DNA of 41,053 bases from a virus (Duplodnaviria > Caudoviricetes): positions 1 to 41,053 of IMG/VR virus record IMGVR_UViG_3300019874_000010; one strand, given 5' to 3'. This document shows positions 34,314 through 41,053 of the stretch, one piece after another. Positions within the stretch are counted from its first letter, which is position 1, and every line of letters begins with the position of its first letter. The position numbers and the translations under genes are program-made. The notes beneath the pieces were generated by a model. That model did no database searches. It was given only the letters and a program-made list of their open reading frames with translations, and was not told where the DNA came from.

Positions 34314-36434
34314 CTATTTCTCCGTTTTGTAAGTTATCATATTACCAAAATCATCCCCTACATCTATGGTTACAGGGAACTTAAAAGGCACTTCTATACC
34401 AAACCATTCCTTAAATAAATTTGGAACATCTTCTATTGTGTCTTTTAACCATTTTAAACAAGGGCCAAGAACATCCTCTCTCACATAAAATCTCTTGCTA
34501 TCGTGTATTTCCATAAACATCTCTATCTTATCTGATTTGCGTAGCAATGTTTGGAACAATGCCACGGTGGTGATTGCTTGTATATCACTAGCCCCACCTT
34601 GATTAGGGTAGTTCTTAGGCTGTGTAAAAGAAAATCCTCTCTTTAGAACAGTGCTCCATTGTCTACCAGTTTCGAGAAAGTGATACTTCTTACCGTATTC
34701 TGTAGACCAGTAGCCAACACGTTGAATATATTCCTCATTATAATGCACTAAGCCATTTTTGTCAAATATCGGTAATAGTGCCACCCCGTTCCTGTATTTA
34801 CCTTTTTGTTTCTTCTTAGGGATATCTATTTTGCGGCAATCTTGGTAATTATTTTCTATAAGTGCTGGTAATACATCGTCAAAGAATTCATGCTTTTGGG
34901 GGTATAGGTCTTTATCTAATTTAAAAATAGCCTTAACTTCATCTAAAGCTAGCCCTGTAGTAAGTGCTACTTTAGGAGGCATTGCGCCATAATCCATCTG
35001 GAATGACACAGGTTTGATGTTCTTTCTCAGTGAAGGCCACGGGTCGACTTGATCTACAACGGCCAGCCTATACACCTCTTCATAAGGCTTTTTTAATTTC
35101 TGTGCCAACATAAAACAATGCAGACACATACCATTTAATAAACGTTCAATCAGGTTTTCATCTTTACTAATCCACGCCTGCACCCATTTCTCTAACTGGC
35201 TAAAATCTATCGATACACACTTGTATCCTGGTTTAGCTACTAATATAGATTCTATTAATCCACCTAAATCACCCTTAGAAGGGATATTCTGCAAGTTAGG
35301 CCTTCTAGAGGATAATCTGCTAGTTTTTGTTAACGCTGTATTGTACTCAGGATATAATACCCCATCAACACTTCTATCTAAAAAAGCTTTACAATAAGTT
35401 TTAGACACTTTGCCACAATTCATTGATAGCTTTTGTAACTCATAATAACGCCGTAATACAGGGTTTTTAGTCCCTATGTATATATTAGACATAACCTTAC
35501 TATCTGTACTATAAAAGCCTTTCTTAGCTGCTGGTCTAGATATTTTAGTAGGTATTTTAAAGCCTTTAATCACCACATCTTCAATAAATGTTTTAAACTT
35601 TGGATTCCCATTCTTATAATCACCTACTCTTTTTCTTACTTTAACAGACAATTTACCGCCAAACAACAAAGCACTTTTTTGATCTGGGCTATTTATATTA
35701 AATTCGGGGAGACGTTCGTCATTCCATAAGTCTTTTATTAGTTCGTTAAGCTCTTGTAAACATTCTACAGCTTTTAAATTTAAGTCTCTTTGTGTCTGTT
35801 CACATTTATGTGTATCCACTAACACCCCTGTACAAGCCATATTTATTAGTGATAGTACGTAAGCATTGCGTAATCTTACTATATTTAACATACCAGTTTC
35901 TTTAGCAATCTTTAACTGGGCTTCGTACACTTTTATAGGGGTGATTCCATCCGATTCACAATATTCTTCATAGAGTTTCCAAAGCCTAGGGCATCTTTTA
36001 CGTGCTTGCACAATCTTATCAGCTCCTACTCCTTTTTTGTATAGTTGAGTTATACGTGCAGGTTTTGTATTCTCACCCAAATGTTTTAATGCTAGTTCGG
36101 CTAAACTACTATTACTATGCTGCTGGCCTGTTAATGTATACTCAGCTTGTTGAGTATCCCATATCTGGCCGCCTTTTAATAAAAACTCTTTGAAAATGGC
36201 GTCGTGCCAAATATAAGACAGATCAAAAGCAAGATTATGCCCTATTAAAAGGTCAACATCCTCTAATGATCTGGCTAACTTTCGTTTAAATCCTTGCGCG
36301 AAATGCTCAAGTAGCACTGTGCTATCCGCTAGCCCAAATATCTGTGTATAAACATCGTTGTTAGGATCTCTAAAATCAGATCCGTGAATGGTTGTTCCAA
36401 TACTTGTCTCGCTATCATAAGCAAGTATTCTCAT
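34314..36434 (-). CDS. polA: DNA polymerase, family A (3'-5' exonuclease plus polymerase)
   Basis: Exo YDSET, GHNLAFDL and YCESD; TSRLSS..PNLQNIP; motif A DFSQLE; motif B RKNIKPVSFQMDYG; NYPNQG; motif C IHDS. Confidence 0.95.
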   Translation of the reverse strand: MRILAYDSETSIGTTIHGSDFRDPNNDVYTQIFGLADSTVLLEHFAQGFKRKLARSLEDVDLLIGHNLAFDLSYIWHDAIFKEFLLKGGQIWDTQQAEYTLTGQQHSNSSLAELALKHLGENTKPARITQLYKKGVGADKIVQARKRCPRLWKLYEEYCESDGITPIKVYEAQLKIAKETGMLNIVRLRNAYVLSLINMACTGVLVDTHKCEQTQRDLNLKAVECLQELNELIKDLWNDERLPEFNINSPDQKSALLFGGKLSVKVRKRVGDYKNGNPKFKTFIEDVVIKGFKIPTKISRPAAKKGFYSTDSKVMSNIYIGTKNPVLRRYYELQKLSMNCGKVSKTYCKAFLDRSVDGVLYPEYNTALTKTSRLSSRRPNLQNIPSKGDLGGLIESILVAKPGYKCVSIDFSQLEKWVQAWISKDENLIERLLNGMCLHCFMLAQKLKKPYEEVYRLAVVDQVDPWPSLRKNIKPVSFQMDYGAMPPKVALTTGLALDEVKAIFKLDKDLYPQKHEFFDDVLPALIENNYQDCRKIDIPKKKQKGKYRNGVALLPIFDKNGLVHYNEEYIQRVGYWSTEYGKKYHFLETGRQWSTVLKRGFSFTQPKNYPNQGGASDIQAITTVALFQTLLRKSDKIEMFMEIHDSKRFYVREDVLGPCLKWLKDTIEDVPNLFKEWFGIEVPFKFPVTIDVGDDFGNMITYKTEK

Positions 36435-36488
36435 AATTACTCCTGTTATAACCGGATTAATGTGTATATTCTATAGAATATATAGTAG

Positions 36489-36650
36489 TTATTCACCAAT
36501 TAATTTCTTAGCGTAGCCTAAGAATTGTAGATTCTGGTCATACATAGGCATGAACCAACGCTGTAAATACTCTTCAAATCCAACGCAATCATCACTAAAT
36601 ATAGTTAGATTATACCATTCCTGTTCAACATTCGCAAATGTGTATAACAT
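36489..36650 (-). CDS. Small hypothetical protein (53 aa, not in the ORF track)
   Basis: AAGGAG RBS; MLYTFANVEQEW... Confidence 0.5.
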   Translation of the reverse strand: MLYTFANVEQEWYNLTIFSDDCVGFEEYLQRWFMPMYDQNLQFLGYAKKLIGE

Positions 36651-36651
36651 T

Positions 36652-37215
36652 TTATTCTCCTTGTTCACTCATATCATCGGTGTTGTTAGGGTTAGCTAAG
36701 AATAGAGCGTTGCATTGTATGTGCCCTATTATAGATAGTCCGCTCTCATCATCAACAGATTTTCCAGTTTGCAAATCGGAAATATGACGCATTAAGCTGT
36801 CTAATATACTGGATATAGGCATACCTTTTTTCCAATTGTTCCTAGCATATTTATTAGCGCCGTATTCTAACACCTCTACGCAAGGCTTTAAACAACCTAA
36901 ATCCAACATAGAATACTGGGCCTTACCATTATTAGCTCGCATAGCTTGGCCGTTGTATTCATACTGAGTTACGTCAATCACCGCTTTATCACCTATTTTA
37001 AATTTACTCAGATTGTTTTCCTCTGCCATATGCTTATAAATATCTCCATCTACTTGTCCGTTGCTCATAGTATGCCTCTCTGTATGAATATTAATCTGGT
37101 CACTGAGACAAAATACACATTTAATATTTTCGAAAAATTCATAGTCTTCTGGGAATTGGAATATAGCCATCTTAGCACAATCCCTGCAATGAATTTCAGT
37201 TCTAATAGCTTCCAT
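36652..37215 (-). CDS. dATP/dGTP diphosphohydrolase-domain protein (DUF5664-like) with N-terminal CxxC extension
   Basis: NNGK..YS.L...VLEYGANKYARNNWKKG...DSLMRH...D.ESGL...H..CNA.FL. Confidence 0.85.
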   Translation of the reverse strand: MEAIRTEIHCRDCAKMAIFQFPEDYEFFENIKCVFCLSDQINIHTERHTMSNGQVDGDIYKHMAEENNLSKFKIGDKAVIDVTQYEYNGQAMRANNGKAQYSMLDLGCLKPCVEVLEYGANKYARNNWKKGMPISSILDSLMRHISDLQTGKSVDDESGLSIIGHIQCNALFLANPNNTDDMSEQGE

Positions 37216-37224
37216 GAATTTCTC

Positions 37225-37377
37225 CTATAACCAACTATGCAGCCTTATCTCTTCTATAGGAACCCATTTATAAATAGAGGCGCCCCAAACACTTATTTTT
37301 ATTCTATATTTACTATCAAATATATCTGTAATAACACCTTCCAGCCCGTTACGGGTTATAATATCTCCAATTTTCAT
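37225..37377 (-). CDS. Small KOW-like hypothetical protein (50 aa, not in the ORF track)
   Basis: MKIGDII...EGVITDI...WVPIEEIRL. Confidence 0.5.
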   Translation of the reverse strand: MKIGDIITRNGLEGVITDIFDSKYRIKISVWGASIYKWVPIEEIRLHSWL

Positions 37378-37477
37378 GTGATCATCTACCGTGTAATTTA
37401 ATTAACCGTTTGATTGCAAATATATTCTCATGTGACCCTCTCCGCACAATAAGCTATAATCCCCACAACACAATAAG

Positions 37478-38035
37478 CTAGTCTTCAATCCCTAACTTCT
37501 TACACCAATATAAAAATAAATAATAAGTTTCGTCTTCTTTACCATATTCATTAACTAAATTTAAGCCTAATTCGTGTTCATCTGACTCGTATTGTTGTCT
37601 AAACACGCTATATCTATCGGGGAAAAATATACCTGCCTCATCTAACACAATTAATCTATCTATAGATTTTATAACATCTTCGTAAAACGCGTTATATTTT
37701 AAATTTATCAACTCTTGGACTCTTTCTTCAATTTTTTTATAATCTGGAAGTTCTTTTTTTAAATGGGAATTAACGTCTCCTAAGTAAGCCTCACTAGCAT
37801 CATGCAACAGTGTTGCCCTAACAAGAGAACCGCTAATATTTCCACACATTCGGTAAACATACTCCGCCATCTTTATAGAATGCTGCGCAACACTATAGTG
37901 AACTCCGAAAGGTAAGGCTCCGCCATAACGCTGTATCTTAGTGAGGTGGTGGGCTATATCTTTTATATTAATGTGTTCGGGGTTTATGTCTGACAGTTCT
38001 ATACACTGCCCACTATTCATCATAAAATAACTCAT
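37478..38035 (-). CDS. HD-domain phosphohydrolase (YfbR-like 5'-deoxynucleotidase)
   Basis: DIAHHL....RYGG, YSVAQHS and LLHDASEAYLGD motifs. Confidence 0.9.
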   Translation of the reverse strand: MSYFMMNSGQCIELSDINPEHINIKDIAHHLTKIQRYGGALPFGVHYSVAQHSIKMAEYVYRMCGNISGSLVRATLLHDASEAYLGDVNSHLKKELPDYKKIEERVQELINLKYNAFYEDVIKSIDRLIVLDEAGIFFPDRYSVFRQQYESDEHELGLNLVNEYGKEDETYYLFLYWCKKLGIED

Positions 38036-39273
38036 GTTAACTCCTCATAAAGACTATATTCTTTATGTAGTTTGCACACCATCCTGCCCGGCTTACCACG
38101 TTTCTGTTTTGTAAGATTTATATAGCGTAGATTAGGCTTCTCATCATCTTGTCCTATCATTAACATACAATACGCTGCACCTTGTTTACCTCCGCCTTTG
38201 CTTCCAGCTGTGTCTTTTTCTGTAAGCCATTTTCTGTGTACGAACGTTCCTTTCTCGTTATCAAAATAACTTGTATTACCTGCCTGCGTAGTTCCTATTA
38301 TAGGATAGCCCGCATTTGCTAATTTACGTATTCTATTATACGTCTTTGTCAAATCCTTAATATCCAAGCTATTAGCAAGAACATCAAGCATATCAATCAC
38401 CACTAAACAAGGGTTGTATTTGGCTATTTTTATCTCTATTTTATTTAAATCGTTAACATTACCGATCTGCATAGCTATGAACATATTAGGATCATACTGC
38501 TTTTCGTATTGTCTAATCACCTTATCTCGTTCCATAACAATCTGCTCGAATCCACCGACCATTTTACCGTGATATAAATTAGAAAACAATCTCCCCGTCA
38601 AATCTTCAGGTGTATCTTCACTAGTGAAGTATAGTATTGGCGAGTTATGCTTCATTTTCATTACATGTACAGCCTGTGTAATACATTTAGCACTCTTACC
38701 AGAATTACTATCCCCTGATATTAATATAAATTGCCCTGGAAGCAGACTACCTAGATTGTTTTGTAATGTGTTTGACCACCAACTAATACCGTTAGTGTGA
38801 TCAATACGAGACAAGTCAACATCTGTAAGTCTAAATACGTCTGTATCAGTGGTGCGTATGTAGGTACATTTCTTATCTTGTAAATCTCTTAATGTGGTTT
38901 CTAATGCTGTATAATCAAATCCATTAGTCATAATGTCTGTGATCTTTTGGCCAGCTTCTCTTTCTAACAAAGATAAAAACAAATCGTCCGTAACTTCAGA
39001 AGATTTTATCATAGGAAACACTACTTCTCTGTAATACTGTAACACTTCAACATCGTCCTTCTTATGCCAATTTTGTGTGAACTCGTTGTAAAATACATCC
39101 CAATTAATATCATTGTCGTATTTCTCATAATATTTTCCAAAATCTTTAAGTAGCATTGTTGTTAATGGAATCAGACGTTTCACGTCTAACACTTTATAGA
39201 ACATGTCGTAGTTCTTTTTAAAAGACATACTCTTTACTAAAGCTGCTTCCAAACTTATATCTTCATTACTCAT
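38032..39273 (-). CDS. Replicative helicase (DnaB/SF4-like)
   Basis: Walker A GDSNSGKS, ILYFTSE, VVIDMLD, TTQAG and LTKQKR motifs. Confidence 0.85.
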   Translation of the reverse strand: MSNEDISLEAALVKSMSFKKNYDMFYKVLDVKRLIPLTTMLLKDFGKYYEKYDNDINWDVFYNEFTQNWHKKDDVEVLQYYREVVFPMIKSSEVTDDLFLSLLEREAGQKITDIMTNGFDYTALETTLRDLQDKKCTYIRTTDTDVFRLTDVDLSRIDHTNGISWWSNTLQNNLGSLLPGQFILISGDSNSGKSAKCITQAVHVMKMKHNSPILYFTSEDTPEDLTGRLFSNLYHGKMVGGFEQIVMERDKVIRQYEKQYDPNMFIAMQIGNVNDLNKIEIKIAKYNPCLVVIDMLDVLANSLDIKDLTKTYNRIRKLANAGYPIIGTTQAGNTSYFDNEKGTFVHRKWLTEKDTAGSKGGGKQGAAYCMLMIGQDDEKPNLRYINLTKQKRGKPGRMVCKLHKEYSLYEELT

Positions 39274-40193
39274 AATTGCTCCGTTAATTCCAGAGTGAGT
39301 TCAAATTCTCTATCTAATAGTAGTTTATCTAGTTCTCTTTGTAGAAATCTAACGCCTTGCCTACTCTCATGTGTTTTAGTAACTATAGCTGATTTCTGTT
39401 CATCTGTCAACATAATATCAAATACACCCATAGCAGCTAAATCTATAGATTTCTTAGGCAATAGTCTGGTTTCTAGAATGTGCATATACGTTTCTTTGGA
39501 GAAATTATCTAATTTTATAATACTGTTAATACGTCCTACTAGCTCTGGAATAATACCTGTATTAACAATAGCGTCATCTAAGTTTTCTGTATCTGCCAAA
39601 GTGCGTGTAAACCCCACCACTTTATCTTCCACTTTATTCACCACGTCGTCAAATGCTCCGGCAAATACGAAAGACACTCCTGAGAATTCATCTTTATTAT
39701 CGAACATTGTTAAGAATGTACTCTGTACATGTCTGTTCCAATTACTGCTACCTTCAAAATTTCTTCCTAATTTGTCTAATTCATCACAAAACACCACGGT
39801 TTGCTCTATAGCGGGTTCTAAATAAGGAAACAATATGGGGTGGGATAGGCATGTTGCTTGCGCATTTTTACGAATCAATTCCTGAAGTCCTTCTGGCTTT
39901 AAGCCGCCTGTTGCACCTACAGGGTTTAAATGTGTTGCGTCTATTTTTATTAATGGAAAACAAGATATTTTTTGTAAACTGCTTATTAAATGGGTTTTAC
40001 CTGTTCCGCTACTTCCTAACAACAATAATTTCATTGGAGCTATTAAAAAATCATCTCCCATATTCTTCGTGTATTTCTGGTAACTTCTCAATTTACTTCT
40101 TTGTAACATAACTATAAGTGCTTTCTTTGCTTCTAAATGTCCTTCTACATATTCATCTAACGCAGCTAGTAGTATCTGATTATCTGTCAGCAT
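39270..40193 (-). CDS. clpX: ClpX-like Clp/Hsp100 AAA+ ATPase lacking the N-terminal zinc domain
   Basis: LDEYVEGH.EAKKAL, GSSGTGKT, IDAT, VFCDELDK, VQ..FL, FVFAGAF, VGF, GIIPELVGR and GVRFL motifs. Confidence 0.85.
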   Translation of the reverse strand: MLTDNQILLAALDEYVEGHLEAKKALIVMLQRSKLRSYQKYTKNMGDDFLIAPMKLLLLGSSGTGKTHLISSLQKISCFPLIKIDATHLNPVGATGGLKPEGLQELIRKNAQATCLSHPILFPYLEPAIEQTVVFCDELDKLGRNFEGSSNWNRHVQSTFLTMFDNKDEFSGVSFVFAGAFDDVVNKVEDKVVGFTRTLADTENLDDAIVNTGIIPELVGRINSIIKLDNFSKETYMHILETRLLPKKSIDLAAMGVFDIMLTDEQKSAIVTKTHESRQGVRFLQRELDKLLLDREFELTLELTEQL

Positions 40194-40947
40194 TTAATAT
40201 ACTCCTGAGTTCTGTTGGAGAATAGCATTTTGGATCCATGTCTGTACATATATGGTCTAGTCTACAAAGTGATTTGCAACCCCACCCATATAGTCTCTTA
40301 TGCTTATTTAGTAAATAAGTAGACGCTAATACTATTTTCTCATAAGCTAGCTGTCCACTATTTATTTCTTTCTCATGGTCATTATCTAACCATATTGTTA
40401 GTATAGCGTATTTTTGTAACAATTGCTCTAAATAACTAGAATTTATTTTAGTTCCCCATAAACATACAACATCTTGATATTTAGCCAGACGTATACAAGA
40501 TACATAGTCCTCTACTACCAAACATCTACTAGAGCCCGTAGAAGCTGTATAAGGGACTTTTTCCCCGTAATGGTATATCTTCCTACCATCTTTGTTATAT
40601 CTCTTCGTATACCCCACAATCTGCTCGTTTTGTATGTTTGGGAATATTAAAGCTCCGTCGTCCATGTCCTGCGCTATACTATATTCTCGAATCGTGAATT
40701 CGTCTAAATAATATTTATAAAGCCATGTCTGATTAGACAAAGAGAATTTGTTAACGTTAAAGGTGATGTTAACAAGATCAGGTATTGTATATTGTTTGGG
40801 AATTATAGGAGAATAACTTTTATCGTATTTAACAGTGAATCCACAACTAAAACAATGATGGCCATTGTCGTATGTACAGAATGGTTTTCCTTTGTGTTCA
40901 ATGCCACAATTAGGGCAATCAACACTGTTGCTTATATAACTACTCAT
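40180..40947 (-). CDS. DNA primase (zinc ribbon plus TOPRIM, T7-like)
   Basis: CPNCG...HCFSCG, LIFP, VVEDYVS, LWGT, WLDND and DPK motifs. Confidence 0.9.
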   Translation of the reverse strand: MSSYISNSVDCPNCGIEHKGKPFCTYDNGHHCFSCGFTVKYDKSYSPIIPKQYTIPDLVNITFNVNKFSLSNQTWLYKYYLDEFTIREYSIAQDMDDGALIFPNIQNEQIVGYTKRYNKDGRKIYHYGEKVPYTASTGSSRCLVVEDYVSCIRLAKYQDVVCLWGTKINSSYLEQLLQKYAILTIWLDNDHEKEINSGQLAYEKIVLASTYLLNKHKRLYGWGCKSLCRLDHICTDMDPKCYSPTELRSILNADR

Positions 40948-41053
40948 GTTCTATATCGTCTTCAGGTGGCGGTGCTACATCATCTAAGTTAAATATTATT
41001 TTAAGTATTGTATTTTCAGCAATTTTTATAAACCTACAATCAAGCACAAACTG
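40920..41053. repeat. Terminal direct repeat, copy 2
   Basis: Matches 1-134. Confidence 0.95.

Noticed and set aside
36652-38035. Z-genome (2-aminoadenine) pathway
   Set aside because: No adenylosuccinate-synthetase-like PurZ gene in an apparently complete genome.
1-41053. Alternative genetic code (stop-codon reassignment)
   Set aside because: Core genes are full length and tightly packed under the standard code, with TAA, TAG and TGA all used as stops.

Overview
This window is an apparently complete, circularly assembled genome of an AT-rich tailed dsDNA phage (siphovirus-type). Bases 1-134 repeat 40920-41053, giving a unit length of about 40,919 bp. Most genes lie on the minus strand. The replication/early arm encodes a primase, a ClpX-like AAA+ ATPase, an SF4 helicase, an HD nucleotidase, a dATP/dGTP diphosphohydrolase, a family A DNA polymerase, a putative SSB, exonucleases, an HNH nuclease, a DnaA domain-IV protein, an HslV-like peptidase, dUTPase and two DNA methyltransferases. 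The late arm runs from holin-like genes and terminases through portal, head, neck and tail genes (with a -1 frameshifted tail chaperone) to the fibres. There are two short plus-strand islands. The first (about 897-3101) holds an RNA ligase, a promoter-driven ~200-nt structured RNA, a VgrG3-type muramidase and an 80-nt RNA. The second (about 22212-23291) holds an M48 peptidase. No integrase, repressor, CRISPR array or reverse transcriptase is recognisable. The most striking observations are: (1) the 80-nt RNA has the architecture of the tmRNA tRNA-like domain (G3:U70 alanine identity, no D-stem, no anticodon arm) but no tag-reading frame; (2) the ClpX homologue keeps the ClpP-docking loop but has lost the loops that recognise the ssrA tag. 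Together they suggest, as an inference only, a phage system acting on host trans-translation and proteolysis. All family assignments come from motif recognition by eye; no database search or folding program was run.
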